Positions 35,702 through 46,255 are shown, counted from the stretch's first letter. The stretch: 64,000 nucleotides of DNA from Candidatus Moraniibacteriota bacterium (GCA_016699425.1 CP064975.1:258979-322978); one strand, 5' to 3'. Notes: a model not told the origin generated them from the sequence alone. A program made the numbers and translations.

Positions 35702-36835
35702 ATGAACAAACTCATTTCAAATATTTCCGGGTGGAAGTATCGGCATTTGGTGAAGCCGATCCTCTTCCGCTATCCGCCGGACGATATCCATGAGCTCTTC
35801 CTCTCGGTCGGCAAACAGCTCGGGCGCTTTCGTCCCATACGTTGGCTGTTTGCAGCGATGTGGCGTTATGATGACCCGATGCTCGAGCAGACAGTGGCGG
35901 GGCTGCGCTATCGGAATCCGATCGGGCTGTCGGCGGGCTTCGATTACCGGGCGGACTTAGTCGATGTGCTCCCGAGTCTGGGCTTCGGTTTTCACTCGAT
36001 CGGGACGCTCACGCTGGAGCCGTACGCTGGCAATCCGCCACCGATGATGCAGCGTCTGCCGAAATCACGCTCGCTCCTTGTGAATAAGGGATTCAAGAAC
36101 GAAGGGGTAGCAGCGACGCTCGTGAAGCTCCACCGTGCCGCGCCGCTCGGGGCCATCCGGGGGGTGAGTATCGGCTCGACAAACAAAGTGTACGCGGATT
36201 TTGCGGCGATGGTCGAGGATGTCGTCCTGGGCTTCCAGACGGCCGAACGTTGTCCGCTCTTCGATTACTATGAGCTGAATATCAGTTGCCCGAACCTTCG
36301 CAATCTGGAGAACCTGAAAGAGCAGCTCGCATCACCGACGGGATTGGCGAAGTTGCTCACGCGGCTGCAGACTCTTGAGTTGCGCCGTCCAGTCTTTATC
36401 AAACTACCGCTCGAGCAAAGCGAAGACGAGATGCGCTCGCTCCTCGAGGCCGCCCGACCGTTCACTTTCATCAAGGGACTCATCTTTTCCAATCTCGCCA
36501 AGGATCGACTGAATCCCGCCTTCCATCCCGAGGAAATCGCCCAGGCCGGACCCGGGAACTTCAGTGGCAAGCCGACCCAGGCCCGGTCAAACGCGCTTCT
36601 CAGGTATGCGTATCGCCACTATCACGACCGTTTTGTCTTGATCGGCGTGGGTGGTGTCTTCTCGGCTGAAGACGCGTATATGAAGATCCTGTATGGTGCC
36701 TCACTCGTGCAGCTCATCACGGGGATGATCTATATGGGGCCGCAGGAAATCGGCGTGATCAATGCCGGAATTGTCGCATTGCTCAAGCGTGATGGGTACG
36801 CATCCGTCAGCGAGGCGATCGGCACACGCGCCTGA
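35702..36835 (+). CDS. pyrD: Dihydroorotate dehydrogenase (quinone), class 2
   Basis: GLRYRNPIGLSAGFDYRADL...GFGFHSIGTLTLEPYAGNPPPMMQRL...LNISCPN are PyrD-2 motifs. Confidence 0.85.
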   Translation: MNKLISNISGWKYRHLVKPILFRYPPDDIHELFLSVGKQLGRFRPIRWLFAAMWRYDDPMLEQTVAGLRYRNPIGLSAGFDYRADLVDVLPSLGFGFHSIGTLTLEPYAGNPPPMMQRLPKSRSLLVNKGFKNEGVAATLVKLHRAAPLGAIRGVSIGSTNKVYADFAAMVEDVVLGFQTAERCPLFDYYELNISCPNLRNLENLKEQLASPTGLAKLLTRLQTLELRRPVFIKLPLEQSEDEMRSLLEAARPFTFIKGLIFSNLAKDRLNPAFHPEEIAQAGPGNFSGKPTQARSNALLRYAYRHYHDRFVLIGVGGVFSAEDAYMKILYGASLVQLITGMIYMGPQEIGVINAGIVALLKRDGYASVSEAIGTRA

Positions 36836-36854
36836 TGGCCAATAATCGGAACGG

Positions 36855-37412
36855 ATGATGACCCGACAACGACTCCTCCTCCATTGCTGCTGTGCGCCCT
36901 GCGGCATCGCGGTCATCGATGAGCTGCGCTTTGCGTACATGCTCACGGTTTTTTTCTATAATCCCAACATCGACACCGAGGACGAATACCTACGGCGTAA
37001 ACGCGAAGTCGTCCGCGTCTGTGAGGAGTGGCAGGTGCCGATGATCGACGGGGACTATGAGCCGGGGGTGTGGGCCGAGGCGGTCCGGGGGCGCGAAACT
37101 GAATCCGAAGGAGGATTGCGTTGCCAGGCGTGCATCGGGCTTCGGCTGCAGCGGACTGCCGAGGAGGCCAGAGCGCGCAAGATGGAGCAGTTCGGGACGA
37201 CACTCACCATGGGCCGTCGTAAAAAGGCGAGCCTCATTTTTCCGCTCGCCGAAGCCATCGGAGCATCAACGGGCGTGGCATTCCTCGCCGAGGACTGGAA
37301 AAAGCATGGTCGTGAAGAACGGGCGAGAGCGATGATCGCTCAGCGTGGTATCTATCGCCAGACATATTGTGGTTGTCAGTACTCGCGGGATCGTCAGCTC
37401 GATTTGGATTAG
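36855..37412 (+). CDS. queH: Epoxyqueuosine reductase QueH (DUF208)
   Basis: LLLHCCCAPC N-terminal and C-terminal YCGCQYS Cys clusters. Confidence 0.75.
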   Translation: MMTRQRLLLHCCCAPCGIAVIDELRFAYMLTVFFYNPNIDTEDEYLRRKREVVRVCEEWQVPMIDGDYEPGVWAEAVRGRETESEGGLRCQACIGLRLQRTAEEARARKMEQFGTTLTMGRRKKASLIFPLAEAIGASTGVAFLAEDWKKHGREERARAMIAQRGIYRQTYCGCQYSRDRQLDLD

Positions 37413-37469
37413 AATTTGGAAGCGTGCCGGCTCTGTGTTCTGAGGCTGCTAACATATGAAGAGAATCAT

Positions 37470-37763
37470 ATGCTTTCTCCTGATACATTTCTCCTCGGAC
37501 TCTTTCTCGCGGTGAATCTCATTGCTTTCTTCATCATGGGTTGGGACAAGTGGCGATCTCGACAGACCGGGGCGGAGCGAATCCCAGAAGGACTGCTTTT
37601 TTTCATGGCCATCGCGTTTGGGAGCTTGGGAGTCTTCGCAGGCATGTTCGCTTTCCGGCACAAGACGCAGACCTGGTATTTCCTCCTCGGTGTCCCGCTC
37701 GCCATCATCCAAAATATCGTCACGCTATATGCGCTGTCGGACTTCTTACCGGCGCTTCCCTGA
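37470..37763 (+). CDS. DUF1294 membrane protein
   Basis: GWDKWRSRQTGAERIPEGLLFFMAIAFGSLGVFAGMFAFRHKT. Confidence 0.6.
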   Translation: MLSPDTFLLGLFLAVNLIAFFIMGWDKWRSRQTGAERIPEGLLFFMAIAFGSLGVFAGMFAFRHKTQTWYFLLGVPLAIIQNIVTLYALSDFLPALP

Positions 37764-37811
37764 TGAGGCAAAGGGGATGGTATACTCCTAGTGTAAGCGT
37801 TAAGTCAACCT

Positions 37812-38987
37812 ATGGAGACCGAAAAATTGTCCCAGTATGTGGCCGATCGTATCCGCTCGGGCATCGGGAAAGACGAAGTGAAATCAGAGCTCGTGACGAT
37901 CGGCTGGACCGAGGATGAGGCGGAGGCCGCCTTCCGTTCGGGGGTCATCGCGCTCGGTGCACCAGTCCCGAGCGAAGGCAATCGGCCGACTACCTCAAAG
38001 CAGGCGTCCACGGTCGATGTCGTGATCAACTTCTTCTCCTTTATCTTGCTCGGTATTGTCGCCACAGCCCTCGGCACGCTGTACTTCCAAATCATCAATG
38101 TGTCATTCCCAGATGTGCTGGATGCGACGAACTGGTACGTGTTTGCAGCTGCGACGAGCACTATCCATTACTCCATCGCGGCGCTCCTCATCGGCTTCCC
38201 ACTGTACTTTTTTTCGATGCGGATTTGGTTCCGCAAGTTCCGTGAGGATGAAGGTCGGACGGAATCAAAACTGTCCAAATGGCTGACATATCTCGTGCTC
38301 CTAGTCGCGGCAGTGACGATTGTCGGTGATCTTATCACGACGGTCTACACGCTCCTGCAAGGCGAGATCACGGCGCGCTTCTGCCTGAAGGCGTTGACCA
38401 TCCTCGGTATCGCGGGGTCGATCTTCGGCTTCTATTACCTCGAGCGGCGGCGAATCCAGTACCATGCTGATATTCCACGGCGGACCTTCCAGTCCTTCGG
38501 GCGCGCGGTCGCTCTCGTCGTCTTCATCGGTGTCATCCTCGGTTTCGCGGTGGGTGGATCACCGACGACCGAACGCAACCGCACGTTGGATCAGACACGT
38601 TCGGAACATCTCTCGAGCCTAGCGAGTTGTATTGAGCAGTATGCGTCGAGCCTCGGTGCTCTGCCAGCGTCTCTCACTGAACTCACGCGTTCCAGTCAGT
38701 ACAGTTATTGCGAATCAAGCACGACTGATCCAGAAACGGGAATGGGATATGAATATCGCATCGTCACCTCATCCAAAGCACAAGGGGCAGGGCGGGTCGG
38801 TGAGTTTGAGTTGTGCGCAAACTTCAATCTGGCGACCGATGCCTCGACTGCCTACAAAGGTGGCTATGGTCAGAGCGGTGTCTGGTACGAGCACGGTGCG
38901 GGCCGAAGCTGTGACACGGTCAGCACTCAGCTCACGGTGCCGGCCAACCCAGTCACCTCACCGATGAATAACGGAGTTGGGTTCTAA
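37812..38987 (+). CDS. Hypothetical multi-TM membrane protein
   Basis: 391-aa ORF with four or more predicted TM helices and a C-terminal extracellular region. Confidence 0.45.
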   Translation: METEKLSQYVADRIRSGIGKDEVKSELVTIGWTEDEAEAAFRSGVIALGAPVPSEGNRPTTSKQASTVDVVINFFSFILLGIVATALGTLYFQIINVSFPDVLDATNWYVFAAATSTIHYSIAALLIGFPLYFFSMRIWFRKFREDEGRTESKLSKWLTYLVLLVAAVTIVGDLITTVYTLLQGEITARFCLKALTILGIAGSIFGFYYLERRRIQYHADIPRRTFQSFGRAVALVVFIGVILGFAVGGSPTTERNRTLDQTRSEHLSSLASCIEQYASSLGALPASLTELTRSSQYSYCESSTTDPETGMGYEYRIVTSSKAQGAGRVGEFELCANFNLATDASTAYKGGYGQSGVWYEHGAGRSCDTVSTQLTVPANPVTSPMNNGVGF

Positions 38988-38998
38988 CGTGTAAGTCT

Positions 38999-39697
38999 AT
39001 GCAACAGCACATCACTCGTTTCATCATCGGTCTCGGCGTCGCGTTCGGTCTGATGTTTCTGCTCCTCGCCGTGGCCAGCGCACTCCGTTCTGGTTTTACA
39101 CATAGTGGTAATATCATCCCACGCGGTCCTACGCCGCCAGGGGAGCGGATGTGCACCATGGAAGCAAGGCTCTGTCCGGACGGATCGACGGTCGGGCGAT
39201 CGGGGCCGAACTGCGAATTTGCGTCCTGCCCGACCGGTGTGAATCAAACCGTGTTCGACTTTGACAGCTGTGTGGCACGTGGCAATCCAGTGATGGAGAG
39301 CTTTCCTCGGCAGTGTTCTATGAACGGACGGACTTATATCGAAGAGTTAGTGACTCCTTCAGATGGGACTGATAACCCGCGAATATCCGAGCCGCATGCC
39401 AATTCAATCGTGACGAGCCCGTTGACCGTGCGTGGACAGGCACCGGGCAGCTGGTTTTTTGAAGGTTCGTTTCCCGTCCAATTGTTGGGTGTAGACGGGA
39501 AAATACTCGCGAGTGGATTAGCAACAGCTGAAGGCGATTGGATGACAACGAGCCCTGTCCCCTTTATGGCGACGCTTTCCTTTCCGTCTCCACAGTCAGG
39601 ATCGGGGACTCTGGTTCTCGAGCGAGACAACCCTTCAGGTCTTCCGGAAATGGCTACCAGCGTGAGCGTCCCGATACGATTTGAGTCGAAGAACTAA
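38999..39697 (+). CDS. Hypothetical secreted protein
   Basis: N-terminal TM/signal (FIIGLGVAFGLMFLLLAV) with a Cys-rich N-terminal region. Confidence 0.4.
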   Translation: MQQHITRFIIGLGVAFGLMFLLLAVASALRSGFTHSGNIIPRGPTPPGERMCTMEARLCPDGSTVGRSGPNCEFASCPTGVNQTVFDFDSCVARGNPVMESFPRQCSMNGRTYIEELVTPSDGTDNPRISEPHANSIVTSPLTVRGQAPGSWFFEGSFPVQLLGVDGKILASGLATAEGDWMTTSPVPFMATLSFPSPQSGSGTLVLERDNPSGLPEMATSVSVPIRFESKN

Positions 39698-39794
39698 TCA
39701 CTGTGGATCAAGTAAATCACTTCCGATGTATCATGAACCGAGCAGTGAGTTGCAGAATTGGAACATCAGCGAAGAGGCGGGATAGTTGCGTCTC

Positions 39795-39828
39795 GCTGCT
39801 TTGAAACAAAGAAAAACCCGCTGTTGAG
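39795..39828 (-). terminator. Rho-independent terminator (minus strand) after the 39856..40155 gene
   Basis: The minus strand reads AACCCGCCTCAACAGCGGGTTTTTCTTTG. Confidence 0.5.
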
Positions 39829-39855
39829 GCGGGTTATTGATCGCCTCGGTACCGT

Positions 39856-40155
39856 TCAATTCCTTCCGTAATTCCGCCGGGCCTCCCGATCCTCTTCCTG
39901 GTCGATCCGGGCGAGTCGCTCAAGCTCGACCGCTGGATCCTTGATGCCGGTGCGGAGTTCTTCATCGGACAATTCGCGAAACGTCGGATCTTTGCCGACG
40001 AAGCGCTTATAGCCGGCCGCGAGTTCCAGGCGAGAGAGCTCAGGAAGTGCGGCGAGGATTGCTTCGCGAGTGGTTGTTTTCATATCCACGGACTCACCCC
40101 CGGTAGCTTCTTTGGGGGCGAGGTTAAGCGATAATTGTTCCATCGGACTTCCCAT
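39856..40155 (-). CDS. Hypothetical protein
   Basis: 99-aa ORF followed by a minus-strand terminator. Confidence 0.4.
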   Translation of the reverse strand: MGSPMEQLSLNLAPKEATGGESVDMKTTTREAILAALPELSRLELAAGYKRFVGKDPTFRELSDEELRTGIKDPAVELERLARIDQEEDREARRNYGRN

Positions 40156-40230
40156 AGGTTACGTCTTTAAATGCGTTACACCGCTATTATACACGACTGC
40201 CCAGGCAAGTGGTAAAATACTTTCGTCCCT

Positions 40231-40455
40231 ATGCACCTCTTCGTCACCGTCAAAACCCGTGCCCGGGCCGAGCATGTCGAGCCGATCGATGCGACACACT
40301 TCAGCGTGTCGGTGAAGGCTGCACCGGTCGAAGGGAAAGCGAATATGGCGGTCGCCCGAGCACTGGCCCAGCATCTCGGGGTGGCCGTGAGCGCGCTCAC
40401 GCTTCGCTCGGGTGCTACGGGAAAGCGGAAAGTCTTTGATTGCCAGAGCAAATGA
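40231..40455 (+). CDS. DUF167 (YggU) family protein
   Basis: FSVSVKAAPVEGKANMAVARALAQHLGVAVSALTLRSGATGKRKVF. Confidence 0.65.
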   Translation: MHLFVTVKTRARAEHVEPIDATHFSVSVKAAPVEGKANMAVARALAQHLGVAVSALTLRSGATGKRKVFDCQSK

Positions 40456-40471
40456 TGATGAAAGAGAGTAT

Positions 40472-41047
40472 ATGAAGAATCGAACGATCGAATTGGGGAT
40501 AACGACCTATGCCTACACACTTCGGCAAAGTCTGCGGGCGCGGCGATTGCGCGTTTCGGTCTCGGCTGGTGGGGTCCTCGCTGTCTCGGCTCCCTCGTGG
40601 GTGAGCGGCCGTTTCATCGAACGTTTCCTGCGGGAACATGCGGAGTGGATCGGGGAGCAGGTGCAGCGTTTCTCGCAACGTGTTCCGAATCCATTCTCAC
40701 AAGGGGGGAAGCGCGAATATGCACAGCATAAGGAAACCGCCCGGACCTTGGCCATGGCCCGCCTGGTCCATTTCAATCAGGCCTATGGCTACGATTATTA
40801 TCAGATCAGCATCCGCAACCAGAAGACGCGCTGGGGCAGCTGTTCGAAACAGGGGAATCTGTCATTCAATTATCGCATCGCGCTGTTACCGCCAGCGCTA
40901 GCAGACTATGTCATTCTCCACGAGCTCTGCCATCTCGGTGCCTTCGATCATTCGGCACGGTTTTGGTCGCTCGTCGCGCGGACGATGCCGGATTTCCGGG
41001 AGCGGCGACGCGCTCTGCGACAGCTCGGTGCCCAACAATTGTCCTAG
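40472..41047 (+). CDS. YgjP-like metal-dependent hydrolase (M48/DUF45)
   Basis: WGSC...L..NYRIALLPPALADYVILHELCHL is the HExxH-containing DUF45 signature. Confidence 0.7.
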   Translation: MKNRTIELGITTYAYTLRQSLRARRLRVSVSAGGVLAVSAPSWVSGRFIERFLREHAEWIGEQVQRFSQRVPNPFSQGGKREYAQHKETARTLAMARLVHFNQAYGYDYYQISIRNQKTRWGSCSKQGNLSFNYRIALLPPALADYVILHELCHLGAFDHSARFWSLVARTMPDFRERRRALRQLGAQQLS

Positions 41048-41052
41048 AGCGT

Positions 41053-41298
41053 ATGATGTATCATCTGTATATTCTCCGCTGTGCGGACGACACATATTAT
41101 ACGGGGATCACGACGGACCTGGTGCGGCGGGTGCGTGAGCACAATACTTCCCGGCTCGGGGCGAAGTACACGCGGGGTCGGTGTCCAGTCACGCTCGTCT
41201 ATACTCGACATTTCCGTACTCGCTCGAACGCCGCACGCGAAGAAGCTCGGATCAAGCGGCTCTCACGTTCTGCAAAGCTTTCACTCATTGAATCCTAA
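41053..41298 (+). CDS. GIY-YIG nuclease family protein (YhbQ/UPF0213)
   Basis: HLYILRCADDTYYTGITTDLVRRVREHN. Confidence 0.7.
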   Translation: MMYHLYILRCADDTYYTGITTDLVRRVREHNTSRLGAKYTRGRCPVTLVYTRHFRTRSNAAREEARIKRLSRSAKLSLIES

Positions 41299-41305
41299 TA
41301 CGTCT

Positions 41306-41983
41306 ATGGCCAGTTTCCGCGCTCATATCTCACTCGGTATCGCCTCCGGAATCTTGGGAGCGATGGGACTGATTTCACTCGCCTTTTCGGATGAACTCGG
41401 TTTCATCTCGATTGTCTTCGTCGTGGCAGTGCTCGGCTCGATCATGCCGGATATGGACAGTGACTCGGGCGTGCCCTTTCATGTGACGTTCGGATCGTTC
41501 TCACTCGTCGCGGCGGCGCTTGTCTGCCTCTCGCTCTATCATGAGACGCCCCTCGTCTGGGAACGGTTACTGCTCTGGACGGTGGGTACCTTTGCCTTCA
41601 TCTATCTGGTCGTCGGATATTTCTTCAAACGTTTCACGCGGCATCGGGGGATGGCCCATTCGCTCCCGGCGGCTTTCTTGGCCGGGCTGGTTACGTTCTT
41701 TCTCGCGGTGCATTTCTCATTCGCAGACATGGAGGCATTCGTCTTGGCTGTGGCGATGATCGCGGGATATATCGGCCACCTCATCCTCGACGAACTGTAT
41801 GCGGCGGTGAATTTTCACGGTACACCATTCGTCCCGAACAAGGCGCTTGGGAGCGCGCTGAAATTCACCTCGGACAATCGACTTGTCACCCTGACTGTCT
41901 ATGGCGCGATCCTTTTTCTCTCAGCGGGCCAGGTCGGCCGTTTCGCCAATCTCGCCGAAAAATTCTGGCGGACAATCGTCTGA
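41306..41983 (+). CDS. Membrane-bound metal-dependent hydrolase (DUF457/YdjM-like), second copy
   Basis: Multi-TM protein with MPDMDSD and HLILDE motifs. Confidence 0.5.
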   Translation: MASFRAHISLGIASGILGAMGLISLAFSDELGFISIVFVVAVLGSIMPDMDSDSGVPFHVTFGSFSLVAAALVCLSLYHETPLVWERLLLWTVGTFAFIYLVVGYFFKRFTRHRGMAHSLPAAFLAGLVTFFLAVHFSFADMEAFVLAVAMIAGYIGHLILDELYAAVNFHGTPFVPNKALGSALKFTSDNRLVTLTVYGAILFLSAGQVGRFANLAEKFWRTIV

Positions 41984-42026
41984 TTTTCTGCTAGCATGAA
42001 AAGGCTAATCACTGTGGAAGAATACG

Positions 42027-42611
42027 ATGGCCTACGGAAAGATCATTCCGGAATTGATGATCGATGGCGTTCCAGCACCCTATGGCGTGGTGAATGAACG
42101 CGAAGTCCGAGCGGCGGCGGGTATCATGTTTGCACTCGGCTTTTTTGCCCTGCTTTCGGTGTACTTCGAGAAGAATATCACGCTGGCCTTCTGGGTCGTG
42201 CTCACTTATTGGGTGGATTTCCTCTTGAAGGTTGGTCTCGGACCGGAGTGGTCCCTCTATGGTCGGCTCGGGGCGCTCCTCGTTCGGAATCAGCGGCCGG
42301 AGTATGTCGGTGCGGTCCAGAAACGTTTCGCCTGGGGCATCGGTCTCGTCATGTCGAGCGCAGTACTCTTTTTGATTGGGAAGCAGCTGTATTTCGTGGC
42401 GGCGTGCAATTCCTCGACACTCAGCGGGACATCACCATGCCTGATCCCGATGATACTTTGTAGTCTCTGCCTCGTCTTCATGTGGCTGGAGACAGCGCTC
42501 GGATTTTGTGTCGGTTGTACCATCTATACCTGGCTCGTTCGGAAAGGTTTCATCAAGCCGACTCAGTACGCGCCGGCCTGTCCGGGTGGTGTCTGTGCGG
42601 TGAAGCGATAA
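42027..42611 (+). CDS. DUF4395 membrane protein
   Basis: Multi-TM protein. The N-terminal PELMIDGVPAPYGVVNEREVRAAAG matches the DUF4395 pattern. Confidence 0.45.
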   Translation: MAYGKIIPELMIDGVPAPYGVVNEREVRAAAGIMFALGFFALLSVYFEKNITLAFWVVLTYWVDFLLKVGLGPEWSLYGRLGALLVRNQRPEYVGAVQKRFAWGIGLVMSSAVLFLIGKQLYFVAACNSSTLSGTSPCLIPMILCSLCLVFMWLETALGFCVGCTIYTWLVRKGFIKPTQYAPACPGGVCAVKR

Positions 42612-42622
42612 GTCCGTCATAC

Positions 42623-43021
42623 ATGGGAGCCGAAGGAGAGTGGTATGCCAATCTAATCAAGCCGACTTGGGCGCCGCCCGAGTGGTTGTTCGGTCCGGTT
42701 TGGACGGTCCTTTACATCATCATTGCGGTTAGTTTCGTGGCGGTCTGCATCCGATTTTGGCAAGGCCGAATCGGTCTCGGACTGCTCATCCCATTCCTCT
42801 TGAATCTCGGGTTCAATCTGGCTTTCTCACCAATCCAATTCGGTCTCCGGAATAACTGGCTCGCTGCGGCGGATATCCTCCTCGTCTGGGGGACGCTCGT
42901 CTGGGCTCTGTCACGGATCAGTCCGATCATGCCCTGGGTCGCGTATGTGAATATCCCGTATTTCCTCTGGGTTTCGTTCGCGTTGGTCTTGCAGTTCACG
43001 ATCACCTGGCTGAATCGATAG
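42623..43021 (+). CDS. tspO: TspO/MBR (tryptophan-rich sensory protein) family
   Basis: W...KP.WAPP.W.F.PVWT.LY motif and five TM helices. Start taken at MGAEGEW within track ORF 42482..43021. Confidence 0.7.
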   Translation: MGAEGEWYANLIKPTWAPPEWLFGPVWTVLYIIIAVSFVAVCIRFWQGRIGLGLLIPFLLNLGFNLAFSPIQFGLRNNWLAAADILLVWGTLVWALSRISPIMPWVAYVNIPYFLWVSFALVLQFTITWLNR

Positions 43022-43074
43022 CCAGATTTCAGCGCGGTGTAGCGGGGACGAGAATATTCTACTGGCAAATCATC

Positions 43075-43485
43075 ATGTCTCAGCGAAAGAGTGGTCTGCA
43101 TTCTCATCCGGCACTGTTCTGGCAATTGCGTCAGTCGATTGACTATTGGTCAGTGCCACATTTCCTCCTCGGTACGCTCGTTGCCATGGTGGTCCGAGTG
43201 TTTGAGTATCCGGCGGTACCGCTGTTTTTTGTGACACTCATCGTTGCGATTATCTGGGAAGTTTTCGAAATGCAGGTTCGTATCCGTGAATCCCGGATCA
43301 ATGTCATCTCGGATATCGCCTTGCCACTCGTGGCTTATGGGCTGACCCTCTGGATTACCGATAGTCGGGAAATGGGTCATGAACAACAAGTCGCCCTCCT
43401 CAGTGTCACCATCGTCACGTATGTGCTGGTGAGTTATGCGGCTTGGCGGGCCCGCTTCGACCATGATCCTGATTTCCTGAACTGA
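43075..43485 (+). CDS. Hypothetical membrane protein
   Basis: 136-aa ORF with 3-4 TM helices. Confidence 0.4.
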   Translation: MSQRKSGLHSHPALFWQLRQSIDYWSVPHFLLGTLVAMVVRVFEYPAVPLFFVTLIVAIIWEVFEMQVRIRESRINVISDIALPLVAYGLTLWITDSREMGHEQQVALLSVTIVTYVLVSYAAWRARFDHDPDFLN

Positions 43486-43521
43486 AACGGGTAGTCGCTG
43501 AGACAGTTGAGCGAGTCAGAC

Positions 43522-44070
43522 TTACTTTTCATCCTTCATCGCCTTCACTTCCCGAAGGAGTTCCTCGAGAGCATTTTGGATACGGGTGATTTTCTGAATG
43601 TCTTGGGACCGGTCAGCTGAATATTCGAGGTCGTCTTTCTCAATTTCTTCACCGAGGTCCTCTACTTCTTCACCGATTTCTTTGACATCTTCCTGGATAT
43701 CATCGAGACCTTTGGAGATCTCTTCCACGTCTTCGGAAATACCCTCGACATCCTCGCCGATCTCTTCCACATCTTCGCTGATCTCTTCGACATCCTCGCT
43801 GACTTCAGTGAGTTTCATCGCCTGATGGTTGACGGTGATCTGGATGAAGATGGAGAGATAGATCGCTTCGAGCGAGACGACGGTCGTGAGGATGAGCATG
43901 ATTTGCTCGAACGTGTAGCCGGCCCACTGAAGGGAAAAAATTCCGATAAAAAAGACAGAATGCAGCACGAGTGAAAATGGCGAGCCGATATAGCGCGGTG
44001 CCGCGAGTGCGATCCGTTCGAGACGCGGTGGCTGGTTGCTTGGAGGGGGAGTGTTTGTACTGGGGTCCAT
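43522..44070 (-). CDS. DUF1003 family membrane protein with tandem acidic repeats
   Basis: TM region followed by repeats VSEDVEEISEDVEEIGEDVEGISEDVEEIS. Confidence 0.55.
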   Translation of the reverse strand: MDPSTNTPPPSNQPPRLERIALAAPRYIGSPFSLVLHSVFFIGIFSLQWAGYTFEQIMLILTTVVSLEAIYLSIFIQITVNHQAMKLTEVSEDVEEISEDVEEIGEDVEGISEDVEEISKGLDDIQEDVKEIGEEVEDLGEEIEKDDLEYSADRSQDIQKITRIQNALEELLREVKAMKDEK

Positions 44071-44512
44071 ATGTGGGTCACAGAAAATATTATGAGCGAT
44101 GCATATCCTAGCCTACGGGGTTTCCGGCAGATTGGAAAGGGGAGCGGGTAGTGTCAGATATCACGACCCTAGGCATATGGCAGTCGAGCGCTATAATAGT
44201 GGCATATGGCTCATCAGATTTGTGGACAGTATTGGTTTCGGCCGAAGCGGCTCGTTGGCGGTATCGCCGTCTACTATCCATCTTCGTGGGGCGGTGCTTT
44301 GCTTTTGCTTGTGATGATTCTCAGTGGCGTGGTGCTTTTCCGGTTTATCGACGCGGCGTCTCACTCAACTTCGGATACCCTTATCGGATTCGCGCCTTGG
44401 GCGGTCGCACTTCTCGCCTTCTTCGATCTTCTCTGTTTCCGACTCGGTGAATATCCGAGTTGGTGGAAACAAGGAAAAGCCGCAGCGGAATAATCCACTC
44501 ATCCATAATTCT

Positions 44513-44935
44513 ATGGAAATCAATTATTGGGCGGTGCTCGTGTGTGCGGTCGCGTCGATGGTCATCGGGGCGATCTGGTACGGGCCACTCTTCGGCCGGA
44601 AGTGGATGGCAATCAATGGTGCCAATTCGGACGATATCGCTCGTCGAGAGGAAATGCAGAAAGCTGCCGGTCCGCTCTATGGCGTTCAATTTCTTCTCTC
44701 GTTACTTCAATTGTACGTGTTGGCTCAGCTCATTGTCTGGACTGGAGCGGAATCGAAGGCGGTCTGGGTAGCGTTTTTCATGTGGCTCGGATTTGTCATG
44801 CCGACGGTCGCCGGACTTTCGATGTGGACAGCCCAACCAGCGAAGGTGAAATGGGCGACCTTCCTCATTTCGTCGGGCTATCAGTTCGTCTCCTTCTTCG
44901 TATTCGGTTTCATCCTCGGCCACTGGGGCGCATAG
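44513..44935 (+). CDS. DUF1761 family membrane protein
   Basis: NYWAVLVCAVASMVIGAIWYGPLFGRKW N-terminal motif. Confidence 0.6.
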   Translation: MEINYWAVLVCAVASMVIGAIWYGPLFGRKWMAINGANSDDIARREEMQKAAGPLYGVQFLLSLLQLYVLAQLIVWTGAESKAVWVAFFMWLGFVMPTVAGLSMWTAQPAKVKWATFLISSGYQFVSFFVFGFILGHWGA

Positions 44936-45208
44936 AGGAAACAAAAAAAGCGCTTGCGCGCTGGTCCTCTTTGAATGAAAAGCCCTCAATGCAGGTCGGA
45001 CGACTGAATCCCAAAAATGATAGTGTCGGAAAAATCATTTCCCTGAAGGCCAGGTGGGTTTCAATTTTTCGTGTGACCGTTCTGAAGGCTTTCCTCCCCC
45101 AGTATAGCACTTTCCCAGCGGTGTCAACATCGTGCACGCCACTTGCACGAGAGAGCAGTGATATACTAGAGAAATCCTCCTGTTTTTCTCCCTTTGAAAC
45201 CCCAGAGT

Positions 45209-46255
45209 ATGTGGCGCCTCACCCTCTTCGTCCTCATCATTGTGGTCCTCGGTAGCCTTCTGTTTTCCTGGTTATACCGCTACGCTCCCGCCACTCAACC
45301 GGAGCCGACAGCATCTAGACCAGAGCCCCAATCAGTGGAGCACGAGGCGCCGGAAGCGACTGTCGCGAACGACCCGAACCCCGTTTCACTCGCAGCGCTC
45401 ATGGCGAAGACGTATGACGGTCGTGATTTTCGTGTCGGTCACGTGCTCGACGATCAGGTGGCCTACACTCGGTACTTCATTACCTATAAAAGTGGAGAGT
45501 TCACGATTTCCGGCATCATGAATGTGCCCAAGGGAACGCCGCCAGCGACCGGGTGGCCGATCCTCTTTCTCAATCATGGGCACATCGATACGGCGATCTA
45601 TACCAATGGTCGTGGACTAAAACGTGAGCAAGACTATCTCGCCCGGCATGGTTATGCGGTGATTCATTCTGATTACCGCAATCACGCTGAGTCCGACGAT
45701 GACCCAGAGAATGAGCTGCACTTCCGGCTCGGCTATACCGAAGATATCATCAATGCAATTTACGCGGTGCGCGCGGCCGGGTTGTCGTATCTCGACGGTG
45801 AGCGGATCGGTATGCTTGGCCATTCCATGGGTGGTGGCGTGACGCTGAACGTGCTTGTCGTTGCGCCTGAACTCGTGGATGCGGCGGTGCTTTTTGCACC
45901 GGTATCGGCGAACTATGTCCGAAACTACGAACGTTGGACACAGCGTGACAGTGAAATTGGGAAACGCCTCATCGAACGTTATGGTACGCCGGAAGAAGCG
46001 CCAGATTTTTGGAATGGCATCTCGGCCAAGAATTATTTCAACCGTATACGGACGCCGATTCAGACTCATCACGGGACATCGGACGAGTCGGTTGAGATCA
46101 TGTGGTCCGATGAACTCGACGACTGGCTCACCGAAGCTGACAAAGAGCATGAGTACCTCGTCTATCCAGGCGAACCACACGAGTTTATTATGGCCTGGCC
46201 GACCGTCATGAGTCGGACACTTGCATTCTTTGATCAGCACGTGAAAGCGAAATAA
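45209..46255 (+). CDS. Alpha/beta hydrolase (S9/dienelactone-hydrolase-like), membrane-anchored
   Basis: GHSMGG nucleophile elbow with a later Asp/His. N-terminal TM helix. Confidence 0.7.
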   Translation: MWRLTLFVLIIVVLGSLLFSWLYRYAPATQPEPTASRPEPQSVEHEAPEATVANDPNPVSLAALMAKTYDGRDFRVGHVLDDQVAYTRYFITYKSGEFTISGIMNVPKGTPPATGWPILFLNHGHIDTAIYTNGRGLKREQDYLARHGYAVIHSDYRNHAESDDDPENELHFRLGYTEDIINAIYAVRAAGLSYLDGERIGMLGHSMGGGVTLNVLVVAPELVDAAVLFAPVSANYVRNYERWTQRDSEIGKRLIERYGTPEEAPDFWNGISAKNYFNRIRTPIQTHHGTSDESVEIMWSDELDDWLTEADKEHEYLVYPGEPHEFIMAWPTVMSRTLAFFDQHVKAK

